This document shows, in pieces, positions 51,040-61,294 of a stretch of 64,000 bases of DNA (position 1 is its first letter; the number at the start of each line of letters is the position of its first letter). Origin of the DNA: Ignavibacteriota bacterium (lineage in GTDB: Bacteria > Bacteroidota > Ignavibacteria > UBA10030 > UBA6906); the NCBI GenBank assembly GCA_963801355.1, contig CAWDEM010000008.1:736001-800000 (forward strand), given 5' to 3'. The position numbers and the translations under genes are program-made. Below the pieces are notes generated by a model that worked only from the letters and a program-made list of their open reading frames with translations, had not been told where the DNA came from and did not search any database.

Positions 51040-53214
51040 ATGCGACTCATGCATATATCGTCCCAAGTCGCCCGGCTGGTCTTGATCGCTTTCATGTTGG
51101 GCGGCTGCAGCGATGATGCTCCGGTTGAATCAGGTCAGACCAATGCGGAGGTGACTGCCACCATCGGACCTTCAGGTGGAGCGGTAACAACGAGTGACTT
51201 CTCGCTGTTGGTTCCTGCCGGAGCGTTTGCTACCTCTGCCACCATCACAGTCACTCCGCTGTCCAAAACTCATCCATTCGGCAGTAATGGCGTCTCACGC
51301 CTCTTCGGCGTGCAGGGGATCCCGGCAGCATTCTCAACACCCCTCACGCTCACGGTCACTCCGATGTCTCCAGGCACAGGCCCTCACTTCATCGCGGTAG
51401 GCAATGAGGTCCCCTTCCCTGCCACTGATTCACTGTTCATGGCGTTCAGCTTCATCAGCGCAAAGGATTCCGCCGGTCGGCTGATGTGCACGATTCCCCC
51501 GCGAGGAAATAGCGGGAGTCCGAAGACACACCCTTTTGCTCGAGCGGGGCGCACTCGTTTGCAGGACGAAATGGACATCTTCATCGCGATCGCCGGCTAC
51601 GACACAACAGAGTTCTACAATTTTGTTCTGTACGCACCAACATTCGTCACTGAAGAAGTGAAGATAGGCGCGTTGGCGGCACTCAACTACGCACGGGCTC
51701 ACATCCTTAATATGGGACTGCCGTTCCCTCAAACATCGCCCGTCATGCCGATTGAAAGCATGGTCTACCGATTCAACAACCAGCCGAAGACCGCCGCTGT
51801 CTATCTGACCAGAAATGCGCGATACAAGCTGAATGCCGATCCGCAGGGACTTCCCATGGTGGGCCTCAACGTCGAGTTGATGGTCCTGGCAGAGAAGGAC
51901 CGGATTATCGCTCAGTGCGGCCGCGAGGCGTTCATGTTCGTTCCCGAAGAAATCTATGGAATCGATGGGTTCTCCCAATACATGGAACCTGACAGGTACT
52001 GGCTGCATTGTGCTGTCGGATCCTGGTTCGAGGAGAAGGTGACGCAGGATCCGAGCCATGTGCCATCGGAACTTGCTGGCAACGAGCTTCAGCCGCTCCA
52101 GGGCATCATCGCGGGCGCCGGCCAGTCATTTGCCTCGTCGCGAAAGCATGGACTGGGGATGGCCCCGCTGATCAAGTACCTGACCGCCTCATATCGTGAA
52201 GAGTTGATCTGGAGGATCTATGAAGGATTGAAGCAGGGATCCGAGCCGGTCGGTGCACTGCTCAACGGTATGGCCGATCCACCATCAGAATGGTATGTGG
52301 CTTTTCTCAAACAGTATCTTACCGGCGGCATCTATGGCATTCCGGCTGAGAAGTTCCTGAACGGCGTTCAGGCAACGGCAAGTATCAAGACTGAAAAAGA
52401 CACGCTCTTCAAGTATCCCGTGTCGTACGCGGACCTCTCTGCACGACTGTTCCTTGTGGACCTCGCCTATCCGGATATCGATGCGAATGCGCGGCTCCGC
52501 ATCACGCTGAATCCACCGGCGGCACTCGAGAACAACGCCCTTGTGCTGTTGTTTGCGGTGGAGAACGGCAAGCTGGTGTATTGGGAGAGCGGAACCGATG
52601 TCATTGTCGCGAACGTGCGGGATTTCACCGCTACGGGACAGAAGGTGCTTGTTGCAGTAATCAATAGCTCGTGCGAGAAGCCATACGACGTGCCTCTCAC
52701 CGCAGAAGTGCGGATGCGCATCGAGAAGCCGGGAGCTGGCCCATTCAAGAATGCCGCCGTGGAGTGTTGCTTCTGGGCTCCTGTCGAAACATCCTACGGC
52801 ACCGTGCTCCCTTCGGGCGCGCAGTATTACTACGGCCGTCTCAGGCCGGGTCTTTTCATGGGCAACACGTTCACCTCCAGTTGGAATGAAGCAGACAGGC
52901 GCGGTCAGCTTGTTATCACGTCAAACGTAACCACTGGAACACCAAGTGTCTCCTACTTCAGAGTCGAAGAGACCTTCATGTCGGGAGGCGATACGCTGCA
53001 CTGGACCATTGTCAGCAAACCGGGCATTTCCTTCTACGGCCAGGTAGCCGGCACCCACGGATACTTTTTTGACAACAAAGGCACGAGCAATGAAGACTTT
53101 GTGGAGACTGCTACACTCCTCAGCACATCACCGAGCGGTTCCTGGTGGAGGACAAAGCAGCCCGAGTGGGTTGACTTGAGTTGGCTGGTGGTGACTCTGG
53201 AGACCAATTGGTAA
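51040..53214 (+). CDS. Large lipoprotein with ZU5-like N-terminus and degenerate zincin-like central domain
   Basis: RBS GGAGGTG; lipobox LGGC; TIGPSGGAV..L.VPAGA; the central region resembles the 61878 peptidase but lacks HExxH. Confidence 0.65.
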   Translation: MRLMHISSQVARLVLIAFMLGGCSDDAPVESGQTNAEVTATIGPSGGAVTTSDFSLLVPAGAFATSATITVTPLSKTHPFGSNGVSRLFGVQGIPAAFSTPLTLTVTPMSPGTGPHFIAVGNEVPFPATDSLFMAFSFISAKDSAGRLMCTIPPRGNSGSPKTHPFARAGRTRLQDEMDIFIAIAGYDTTEFYNFVLYAPTFVTEEVKIGALAALNYARAHILNMGLPFPQTSPVMPIESMVYRFNNQPKTAAVYLTRNARYKLNADPQGLPMVGLNVELMVLAEKDRIIAQCGREAFMFVPEEIYGIDGFSQYMEPDRYWLHCAVGSWFEEKVTQDPSHVPSELAGNELQPLQGIIAGAGQSFASSRKHGLGMAPLIKYLTASYREELIWRIYEGLKQGSEPVGALLNGMADPPSEWYVAFLKQYLTGGIYGIPAEKFLNGVQATASIKTEKDTLFKYPVSYADLSARLFLVDLAYPDIDANARLRITLNPPAALENNALVLLFAVENGKLVYWESGTDVIVANVRDFTATGQKVLVAVINSSCEKPYDVPLTAEVRMRIEKPGAGPFKNAAVECCFWAPVETSYGTVLPSGAQYYYGRLRPGLFMGNTFTSSWNEADRRGQLVITSNVTTGTPSVSYFRVEETFMSGGDTLHWTIVSKPGISFYGQVAGTHGYFFDNKGTSNEDFVETATLLSTSPSGSWWRTKQPEWVDLSWLVVTLETNW

Positions 53215-53314
53215 TGTCAGAGTTCTATCGCCTTCTTGTGAGCTAACTTACGCCCATCCATCCTCAGAAAGGAACTGTTATGGCCACGCTCGACCAGCAT
53301 CCGGGAGCCGGGCC

Positions 53315-54202
53315 ATGACAGAAGAGACCAGAATCACTCACACCATCCCATACGCCATCTTCGTTCTGTTCGCGGTTGTGGCCGTGGCGTGCTGCGTTGC
53401 CGCCATCAAGAGATACGTGGAGTATCAGGCCCCGTCGCATGGAGAAGGAGGTCAAGGGGCTAGTTCGATGTCATTCGAAGACTGGAAGACCAGCTTCATT
53501 GCGAAGGTGTCAGAAGGAGCAACGGATTCGACCGCTGACAGTGGCTCTCGGATGTCAATCCCCAGTGACGTAACGCTCAAGCAAATCTATGACGCCTTGA
53601 AGGCCAGGGGACCTGACACACACGTGGACCTGGCCCTCCTCCACACACTACCGTCTGCTTTCACTTCCTTACTGGCCATCGTCTTGTGTGCATTGCAGTG
53701 GCGCTTGATAAAAGGCATGTCAACCCGCGTTCTCGTCTCTCTGATTCCAGTCCTCCTCGGAATCCTGTCGCCTGCCGTTGCCTTCTTCATCGGACAACTC
53801 GCCAACGACTATGTCGTCGGGCAGGATACTGATCTTGATAAGGCGGTTTTGCAATCTGCACTCTCGCTTCCTCTGGTCACCGCATCTACCATACCGGGGT
53901 TTCTCGGACTGGCGGCATTTCTTTATCTGTCCCGCAAACCTCTTACCACTAGACTTCTCTGGTCGACATCATTGATTGGTACAGGCATTTTGACCGCCAT
54001 TGTTCTCGGGAGTCATACGGGGATGTACGATCTCCTGTATTCGAGGGGGAGGATGCACTCTACGACAGGGATCGGAATCATGTTTGTCTCATTCTATTGT
54101 CTCCTCGCCGCTGCGATCATTTCGGTATTGGCACGGATTGCCCATCATGCTCTCCTGAAAAAGCGCACTGCGAAGTGTGTCATGCACGATCGTCCACGGT
54201 GA
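53315..54202 (+). CDS. Hypothetical multi-pass membrane protein
   Basis: 295-aa ORF with about 6 hydrophobic segments; GGGAG RBS. Confidence 0.6.
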   Translation: MTEETRITHTIPYAIFVLFAVVAVACCVAAIKRYVEYQAPSHGEGGQGASSMSFEDWKTSFIAKVSEGATDSTADSGSRMSIPSDVTLKQIYDALKARGPDTHVDLALLHTLPSAFTSLLAIVLCALQWRLIKGMSTRVLVSLIPVLLGILSPAVAFFIGQLANDYVVGQDTDLDKAVLQSALSLPLVTASTIPGFLGLAAFLYLSRKPLTTRLLWSTSLIGTGILTAIVLGSHTGMYDLLYSRGRMHSTTGIGIMFVSFYCLLAAAIISVLARIAHHALLKKRTAKCVMHDRPR

Positions 54203-55163
54203 TGACTATTTTCCCTCGGGCATGTCCTTCTCCAAGATACCGGAGAGCTTCAGCCGTTTCACTCAACGGGTAGCGTCTATCGATAACTGGTACGACTTTG
54301 CCAGCTTCCAGAAGGCCTTTCATAAAAGCCAGATCCTCCTGGTTTGGTTTTGCAGATACGCCTCCCATTTTCTTGCCACCGGTCTTTGACATCCATGATC
54401 CCAGGAGCATGGCCTCGAAGATCTGAGCCTTGGAACCACCTGCCATAACATAAACGCCCTTGGGAGTTAAGGCACGCTTGTAAGCTGGGAGCGAATGATA
54501 TCCGTTTGCGGCAAGAATCAGGTCATACTGCTGCCCACTTTGGGTGAAATCTTCTTTGGTGTAATCTATAACATGGTCTGCCCCAAGTGAGCGCGCCTGG
54601 TCCAAATTCCTGGTACTGCACACGGCGGTCACTTCAGCCCCAAACGATTTGGCGATCTGCACTGCAAACGTCCCCACCCCACCGGATGCCCCTTGAATCA
54701 AAACCTTTTGCCCTGGATGAATTTGCCCTTCATCGCGCAGACCCTGCAAGGCAGTGACGGCTGCCATTGGCACAGCCGCCGCTTCAGCAAACGATAGATT
54801 GGACGGTTTCAAGGCAAATGCACTTTCAGAAGCCGAGACATACTCGGCAAAACTGCCATTGCGGTGTCCGGCCATATCCCCGAAGACCTCATCACCTGGC
54901 TGAAACTGCTTGGCGTTTCTGCCGACCGCGTCAACCCGCCCCGCTATGTCAGCGCCGAGTCTCGTGTTTTTTGGTTTGAGCAGCCCCCCGCCCATGAGGC
55001 GAATCAAGAATATGTCTGCGGTCAGGAAATGCCAGTCATATGCATTCACGGATGCCGCATACACTCTTATCAATACTTCATCGTCCTTGGGCGTAGGTTT
55101 TTCCACATCCTTGAACTGAAGAACATCCGGTGACCCGTACCTTGTGTAAACAATTGCTTTCAT
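54180..55163 (-). CDS. NAD(P)-dependent medium-chain dehydrogenase / quinone oxidoreductase-like
   Basis: MKAIVYTRYGSPDVL, GASGGVG, GHARGKIVI. Confidence 0.92.
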   Translation of the reverse strand: MKAIVYTRYGSPDVLQFKDVEKPTPKDDEVLIRVYAASVNAYDWHFLTADIFLIRLMGGGLLKPKNTRLGADIAGRVDAVGRNAKQFQPGDEVFGDMAGHRNGSFAEYVSASESAFALKPSNLSFAEAAAVPMAAVTALQGLRDEGQIHPGQKVLIQGASGGVGTFAVQIAKSFGAEVTAVCSTRNLDQARSLGADHVIDYTKEDFTQSGQQYDLILAANGYHSLPAYKRALTPKGVYVMAGGSKAQIFEAMLLGSWMSKTGGKKMGGVSAKPNQEDLAFMKGLLEAGKVVPVIDRRYPLSETAEALRYLGEGHARGKIVITVDDRA

Positions 55164-55540
55164 GTGTCTTCCTTCATGATTACTCGCAACCGGTTCAAGC
55201 GCTGTTCCGCCTCTGGATCGACCTTCCATTGCGCCTGAAGTAGATCACACCCGAAGCTCTCGCAATAGGCGCAACTCTCAAGCCTCCGGCCTTGAACGCA
55301 AGATCGGATCTTGCACTGGGCGCAGCCCGAGAAAAGCCGACCTCCTACGCTCCCGCAGCCATCACAATCCGTCACATCTTCGACTGATATCCCCATTCCG
55401 TACTTGTCACGGCAGAGTGCGGCAACAGAGGCGCGGATGGATTCGCGTTTCTCCCGGTCAACTTCCAACGTGGCCAAATGGACCGGGCACGTACGACATT
55501 CAATGCCACAGTATGCAATCAAGGTAACGTACTGATTCAT
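55160..55540 (-). CDS. DUF3795-like Cys-rich protein
   Basis: CGIECRTC...CDGC...CAQCKIRSC...CAYCESFGC; ATGA overlap with the dehydrogenase. Confidence 0.8.
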   Translation of the reverse strand: MNQYVTLIAYCGIECRTCPVHLATLEVDREKRESIRASVAALCRDKYGMGISVEDVTDCDGCGSVGGRLFSGCAQCKIRSCVQGRRLESCAYCESFGCDLLQAQWKVDPEAEQRLNRLRVIMKEDT

Positions 55541-55751
55541 AGATCAACCACAATGAGTGTCCTTTCTACAACAGTCCGCTCAGCCAATGTATCACGTTCA
55601 ACAGGAATTGTCCATTCTGTGGAGCTCTCGGATCATTCATTCCTGCAGGAATACGATCGGGCCCCCGACCTGCGACTGGAGTTTAGACAAACCGCCATCA
55701 CGGGTTGCAACACTACAAAACATCGGAAGTGAACAGTTCATGTCCCCTCTG

Positions 55752-55797
55752 GAGACCGGCCGACGGTCTCGAAAGCCCGCGGCTTGCGTAGCCGCGG
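55752..55797 (-). terminator. Two adjacent hairpins downstream of the methyltransferase gene
   Basis: GAGACCG-5-CGGTCTC and CCGCGGCT-5-AGCCGCGG; only a short T tail on the minus strand. Confidence 0.45.
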
Positions 55798-55803
55798 CTC
55801 CTC

Positions 55804-56532
55804 TCAATGTCGCATGCGACCTCGCCAGGGGATCAGCATGGGGACCTTTCGCTGATAGTCCAGATAGACATCACCGAAATCGGCCAGGAGATCTGTTTCC
55901 TCGAGGATGGTCCCCACAACGATCCATGCCGTCCATAGCACATTGAAGAGCAGCCGGTCAGCAGTGAGATCGGGAGACGCCCATATCAGCACGAGCACGC
56001 CAAAGTATAACGGGTGCCGGACCCACCGATATGGACCCCGGATCGCAAACAGGAAAGGTTGGTCCGATTGGCCACGTATGTGCGCCTTGATTGGACGCAG
56101 GCCGAACGCGTCAAACGAGCCAAGTGCATGGACGCCCCAGGCAAATATCAGGATCGCCAGAAGGGAGCAGCCGCGTGCTATCCAGAGAGGAAGACCTTCA
56201 AGTCTGAGCAGTTGGATTTCTGACCGTTGCCAGAGCACCACAACGATGATCAACACCACACCTGATGCGATGGAGTAGATCGCACCGTGATAGCGTAGGG
56301 GGATAAGCACCGCCATGCGGTCGCGGAAGGCCTTGCGAACCATCCCGCTGTGTTGAAGAAAAAACGCAAACGACAGGATCGTGTCCCATAGCAGGGCAAT
56401 GGGATCCGAAAACCCAAGATGGACAAGTTGGATTGAACCCATCAAGGCAAGCAGAAGGACCGATCCACCCCCTAAGACCACTGACAGCGCCATCATTATG
56501 CGATCAACAACTGTTGTCGGCTTATGCGTCAC
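55804..56532 (-). CDS. Isoprenylcysteine carboxyl methyltransferase family protein (MddA/NRM-like)
   Basis: FFLQHSGMVR, GPYRWVRHPLY, EETDL..FG..Y.DY..KVPMLIP. Confidence 0.85.
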   Translation of the reverse strand: MTHKPTTVVDRIMMALSVVLGGGSVLLLALMGSIQLVHLGFSDPIALLWDTILSFAFFLQHSGMVRKAFRDRMAVLIPLRYHGAIYSIASGVVLIIVVVLWQRSEIQLLRLEGLPLWIARGCSLLAILIFAWGVHALGSFDAFGLRPIKAHIRGQSDQPFLFAIRGPYRWVRHPLYFGVLVLIWASPDLTADRLLFNVLWTAWIVVGTILEETDLLADFGDVYLDYQRKVPMLIPWRGRMRH

Positions 56533-56587
56533 TCAATCCTCACTAATCGGTCGTCTAGTTGGGGAGACCCATTCAGCACAAACTCGA

Positions 56588-57109
56588 TCAGAACCACGTC
56601 CCCTTTCGGTATTCACGATACAGGTCACCCCATCTGGATTCCATTGCCGCGTCCTCCAGTCGTCGCCAGTAGAGAATGTTGGCGATACCAAGGACTCCAG
56701 CTAACAGGCTGACCGCAGCGCCATGGTACACCGCCCAACCTGCGATCCAGAAGATAAAGCCGGTGTACATCGGATGGCGGAGTTTTGCAAACAACCCTCC
56801 AGTCACTAGATGGTCGATATCCTCCAGACCTCGCAACTGGATCAGGGCTCCGAGTGCGAGACCCCAGCCGACCAGAAAAACTCCGAAGCCAATCCATTGT
56901 ACGGCGAGCGGCAGGTTAACGGCGTTCGGATCGACCGGGCACATCATGAACCAGCTGACCCACATCAGGCACATCACCGAAAAGACCGCATAGAAGACAA
57001 TCTTGCTTTTCGGATTTACCCGGCCGGCTTTCTTCAACAACTCGTAGGTGCTACGGGTTGTCAGGAAGGTCACATAAAGAACAAGGAGGACAAAGAATTC
57101 GGTATTCAT
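56588..57109 (-). CDS. ICMT/PEMT family membrane methyltransferase
   Basis: LVTGGLFAKLRHPMY, LED..M..RWGDLYREY. Confidence 0.85.
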   Translation of the reverse strand: MNTEFFVLLVLYVTFLTTRSTYELLKKAGRVNPKSKIVFYAVFSVMCLMWVSWFMMCPVDPNAVNLPLAVQWIGFGVFLVGWGLALGALIQLRGLEDIDHLVTGGLFAKLRHPMYTGFIFWIAGWAVYHGAAVSLLAGVLGIANILYWRRLEDAAMESRWGDLYREYRKGTWF

Positions 57110-57342
57110 TTCTTACCGTCCAGTTAGGTGTACGTCGCTGTCCGTCCCGCCTGTAATGGCGGAAGTTCTGTTGGCAATCCGGGCACAATTGTCAGCGCCT
57201 CGGATGAGGAAACGTCGAAATGGATGCGAATCACGTACGGGCCCACGGGCTCACTAGACTCTCCATACTGAACTACGGTGGGCTAGACTGCCTTTAGGAT
57301 AAGAAACTGCCGAACTGCATTCAACAGGAGGACCGAAAACAA

Positions 57343-57370
57343 AATAGCACAGCCCACGGAGTGTGCTATT
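57343..57370 (-). terminator. Hairpin followed by a T-run on the minus strand, just downstream of the tRNA fragment
   Basis: AATAGCACA-10-TGTGCTATT, followed by TTGTTTT on the minus strand. Confidence 0.5.
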
Positions 57371-57390
57371 CAGCTGCGATGAAGCGAAAC

Positions 57391-57435
57391 CAGTGCCCTC
57401 GCGCTCGAACTGCCGACCTGCGGTTTAGGAAGACG
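57391..57435 (-). repeat. Degenerate 3'-half of tRNA-Arg(CCT), att-like site, copy 1
   Basis: 31-bp exact match (57405-57435) to 63863-63893; the T-arm is damaged by a small deletion. Confidence 0.8.
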
Positions 57436-57536
57436 CTTCCCTACCCAGGACCTGCAGATTGGAATCTATTTTGAGGGATTTCTGTTTAATGAGAAGGTGG
57501 ATATATTAATCTGACACAATAAGAAAGACCACGATC

Positions 57537-58406
57537 ATGGTTTCAAATAGTCAAAATGAAAAAGCTGAAATGTTCTTGACATTTCATCAAGACAAAGAGA
57601 TTTTAGTTTTGTTAAACTCATGGGACATCGGAAGTTCTAAATTGATAGAAGCATGCGGCTATAAAGCAATCGCAACAACAAGTATGGGAATAGCTGCCTC
57701 TTTAGGTTATCCTGACTGCCAGGTAATACAGTTGTCAGAAATGATTGAATCTATAACGGGGATCGTAAATGGAGTACAAGTTCCGGTAACCGTGGATATA
57801 GAAGCCGGATATGGAAATAACTTAAATGAAATAATTGATTCGGTTAATAAGATTATTGCAACAGGAATTGTCGGAATAAACATTGAAGACAGTATTGATT
57901 TGAATCCAGTATTAATTGACGAGATGGAATTTTGTGAAAGAATATCAGCTATTCGTGCATTGTCAGATTCACTGGGCTTTCATTTGGTAATTAATGCGAG
58001 GACTGATTCATTCTATACTTCGTCAGGTTCGCCACGAGAAAAATTATCTGAGTCAATAAAGCGTGGCAATAAATACCGGGAAGCAGGCGCAGACTGCATA
58101 TTTGTTCAGCCCGTATGGGAAAGAGAAACGATTTCAACACTCGTTAAGGAAATCAATGCCCCAATCAATATTCTTTCAAACCCTGGGATGGGGGCAGGAC
58201 TACCTCCATCGGTTCGTGAACTGCAGGATTTAGGTGTCGCCCGGTTAAGCCTAGGTTCAAGTTTGATGAAAGCTACTTTGGCTTTAATTAAGAAAGTTGC
58301 TGACGAACTATCAGAAAAAGGAACTTACAATATTTTATTGGATTCTCTAACACCGCTTCCCGACGCAGCATTGGCTTATAAAATGGCAGTAAGGTTAAAT
58401 AGATGA
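57537..58406 (+). CDS. Isocitrate lyase / PEP mutase family protein
   Basis: ATTSMG, DIEAGYG, NIED, NARTD, AGADCIF; visibly AT-rich. Confidence 0.9.
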   Translation: MVSNSQNEKAEMFLTFHQDKEILVLLNSWDIGSSKLIEACGYKAIATTSMGIAASLGYPDCQVIQLSEMIESITGIVNGVQVPVTVDIEAGYGNNLNEIIDSVNKIIATGIVGINIEDSIDLNPVLIDEMEFCERISAIRALSDSLGFHLVINARTDSFYTSSGSPREKLSESIKRGNKYREAGADCIFVQPVWERETISTLVKEINAPINILSNPGMGAGLPPSVRELQDLGVARLSLGSSLMKATLALIKKVADELSEKGTYNILLDSLTPLPDAALAYKMAVRLNR

Positions 58407-58691
58407 AGAACAGCCTGGACTGCGCCCCTCAGAAGAACCTGCGACCTGCTTCACTTCCCTGCTCGATCGGTTTCCTGGCCGATGACATGAACAGAGGATG
58501 GTAGTACATCTGGTTCGTCGATCGCGGGGATTTGTCGCATCCACACCAGCTATCAAAGGGTGAGATGAGAGCCAGTCAATCACGTCAAACCTCGTCAGTA
58601 GGTGAAACGAATGAATGCATCTTCTACAACAGTCCGCCTATTCCTGAGTCCGCAGCCATACACCGCAACAGAGTTCCACATCCAATCCCCT

Positions 58692-60050
58692 CTACTTCTT
58701 GGGCAGGGACTTTCGGATGTGCCCCGCTAGTCGAGACGCAAGTGGAGGGTCGAAGTTGCAGAGGACAATGATAACGTAGCCCACCGAAGGATCCCATTCC
58801 AGTGCCGCGTTCAACCCCGGCGCACCTCCCGCGATGCCGAGACCGCGCGTTCGTTCCGGCAGATCGAGAACGCCTTTCTTCAGCGACTGGACGAATCGGA
58901 ACAGATCACCGGCGGTAGAGTACCCTCCGCCGGCCGAACTCCCGATCCCGGGAAGGGTGGTGTAGTTGGAAGTCTTCTCGGAAGTGCTGTATCCGAGGGC
59001 TGTGTTCGATGGCAGGGCCGATTTCCGGAACCAGTTCGAAGCTGCCATGCCGGCCGGGGCATAAACGTACTGCCGGACGTACTCATAATAATCCATACCG
59101 GATGCACGCTCGACGATGAGACCCAGCACGATGTAGCCGCCGTTGGAATACCGCCTGGCTGTTCCCGGTGAGAATGCCAGCGGCTTGTCCGCGAACAGCG
59201 GCAGATAATCTTTGAGCCCCGTGATCTTCTCCTTATCCGCAGCGTCGAAACGGTCGCCGAAGAAATCCCCGATGCCGGAACTCATGTTGAGAAGCTGGCT
59301 GATCGTCACCGAGTGCGCAGCTTCCGGATTCGGATAGTCGGGGAGGAAACGCCCGATGGTGTCGGAGAGGGACAGTTTCCCTTCCGAGTGCAGCTGGAGG
59401 ACAGCTATCTCGGTAAAGATCTTGTTGATCGAACCGACATTGAACCTGGTGTCGGTACGATTGGGAATCTTCTTCGCGCGGTCGGCGAACCCGTATGCCT
59501 TCAAGAAGAGAATTGAATCCTCCTTCGCAATCATCACGACTCCCGAGAACTGATCGAGCGCGGTGAGCGAATCGACATACGACGCCGTGTGGCTCAGAAG
59601 ATCGGCCACCGAGATAGCCGGTGTGACGGCCGGTTGGTCGGGATCGTCGCCTTCCTGAACGGAGATCCATGCGATTGCGCGTCTGGGGGAGTTCTCGAAT
59701 CCGAATCTGAATTCCAGCCATTCCCCCTTTTCAGAACGGACAGTGGCGGAAAGAATCGTATCGCTTACGGACTCCACGCGGTAGAGCCGGATCGTGCCCA
59801 GATCTTGCCGCATCTGTCTGTACCTCTCCATGCGCGTATCCAGAGGAACGGACATCAGTGCCGCTGCCGCCCACCAAGTCTCAACGAACGCCCGCATTTC
59901 TTTCTCTCCTGCGTTGTATGCAGTGATGTACGCGGAAACGCGCTCACCGGCAGGCGTAGGGGGGAGCTGTCCTTGCGAGAACGCATCTGTAGATGGAGCG
60001 GGAATCAACGCAAGGATGGACAGAAACAGGATACCCAATGGTCGGTTCAC
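58692..60050 (-). CDS. Secreted serine hydrolase (beta-lactamase-like) with N-terminal extension
   Basis: Signal peptide; SINK, YSN; the third motif reads AGG. Confidence 0.88.
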   Translation of the reverse strand: MNRPLGILFLSILALIPAPSTDAFSQGQLPPTPAGERVSAYITAYNAGEKEMRAFVETWWAAAALMSVPLDTRMERYRQMRQDLGTIRLYRVESVSDTILSATVRSEKGEWLEFRFGFENSPRRAIAWISVQEGDDPDQPAVTPAISVADLLSHTASYVDSLTALDQFSGVVMIAKEDSILFLKAYGFADRAKKIPNRTDTRFNVGSINKIFTEIAVLQLHSEGKLSLSDTIGRFLPDYPNPEAAHSVTISQLLNMSSGIGDFFGDRFDAADKEKITGLKDYLPLFADKPLAFSPGTARRYSNGGYIVLGLIVERASGMDYYEYVRQYVYAPAGMAASNWFRKSALPSNTALGYSTSEKTSNYTTLPGIGSSAGGGYSTAGDLFRFVQSLKKGVLDLPERTRGLGIAGGAPGLNAALEWDPSVGYVIIVLCNFDPPLASRLAGHIRKSLPKK

Positions 60051-60298
60051 GACGATTGCCTCAGAAAGTTGGGGGAAAGGTGACCCGGAGGCCTACTAGT
60101 GCGTATACGAAGCAATTGACCCCTTTGTTGTGCAGACCCGGTTCCCCCCTAATGTCCTTCGCAGGTTACACCAAACAATCTTCATAGAATAGCGGTAGGC
60201 AATACCACGACGGAGGGGCTGTGACTTCGTATGACGAAGCCTCGCGTTCGAGGATGTCGTAACCGTCGAGGTTCTAAGGACAGTTTCGTTAGATGAAA

Positions 60299-61294
60299 CT
60301 AGTCACTCACCTTCGATGATAGAGAGTCTGCGGAGCGTAGAAAGTCACGTACCACCCTCACGTTCTCGTCACGAGCATCCCATGGCGTCATGTGGGCCGA
60401 GCCTGGAAATTCTACATACTTTGCCTTCGGGACTTTGACCGCAAAGCTCCGGACAAGCTCAGGTCCAACTTCGTCAAACTCTCCAGCAGTGAACAACGTG
60501 GGGACTTTGATCTCGGGAAGAAACGATGTAGCGACATACGCCTTCAGGGTGCCAGTGATCGTGAACTCGCTCGGACCCTGCATGAATGTGTAGATGCCCG
60601 CATTCATAGTTGCAAAAGTGCTATCAAGGTCAGTTGGAACAGGACGACGATATACATAGAGGGAGTAGAATTGACTCATGGCATTCTGATATCTGGGGTC
60701 ATCGTACTTACCGGAAGCTTCGGCTCTCTCCACTGCCTGCTGCATCGAATCAGGAAGAGTGGTGAGCAACTGCCTGGCATGCTTCTCATACTCAGGCAAG
60801 TCCAACACCGGACTCCCGAAAATGATTGAAGCAACATGATCTCCATGTGCTCGGTAGTACTCGAGAGCAAGGATTGTACCCCATGAATGCCCAAGCACGT
60901 GCCACTTCAATAACCCCAGGTGAGCGCGGAGGGAATCCAGTTCCTGCACGAAATGCCCGATGGTGAACATCGTTGTATCGGTGATCTTGTCTGACTTGCC
61001 ACCTCCAAGCTGATCGTACCGTATGACCTGACGGTTAGCACCGAGCTCTTCGAACGGCTTCAGGTAGTAGCTTGACATACCAGGCCCCCCATGAATGAGA
61101 ATCACCGGTATTCCTCCCTGAGTTCCCGTTACTCTATACCAAATGGTACCGCCTGGCACAGCGAGGTGCCCTTCACCAACGGTTAGAGCGGGTGGCTTAA
61201 TCCCGTTGTCCTCTGCACAAGAGCACAGGAGGGACCCGAGGACAAGCATCACGCACAATCTTCTTCCCAGATAGGGGCCTTGCATGCTATGCAT
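60299..61294 (-). CDS. Proline iminopeptidase-family alpha/beta hydrolase (probable lipoprotein)
   Basis: HGGPG, YDQLGGG.S, GHSWG, GPSEF, SAHM; RBS GGAGGAGG. Confidence 0.9.
   Translation of the reverse strand: MHSMQGPYLGRRLCVMLVLGSLLCSCAEDNGIKPPALTVGEGHLAVPGGTIWYRVTGTQGGIPVILIHGGPGMSSYYLKPFEELGANRQVIRYDQLGGGKSDKITDTTMFTIGHFVQELDSLRAHLGLLKWHVLGHSWGTILALEYYRAHGDHVASIIFGSPVLDLPEYEKHARQLLTTLPDSMQQAVERAEASGKYDDPRYQNAMSQFYSLYVYRRPVPTDLDSTFATMNAGIYTFMQGPSEFTITGTLKAYVATSFLPEIKVPTLFTAGEFDEVGPELVRSFAVKVPKAKYVEFPGSAHMTPWDARDENVRVVRDFLRSADSLSSKVSD

Noticed and set aside
42448-60050. Serine hydrolases as antibiotic-resistance beta-lactamases
   Set aside because: The motifs fit the broad beta-lactamase-related esterase/peptidase family; resistance function cannot be inferred from sequence.
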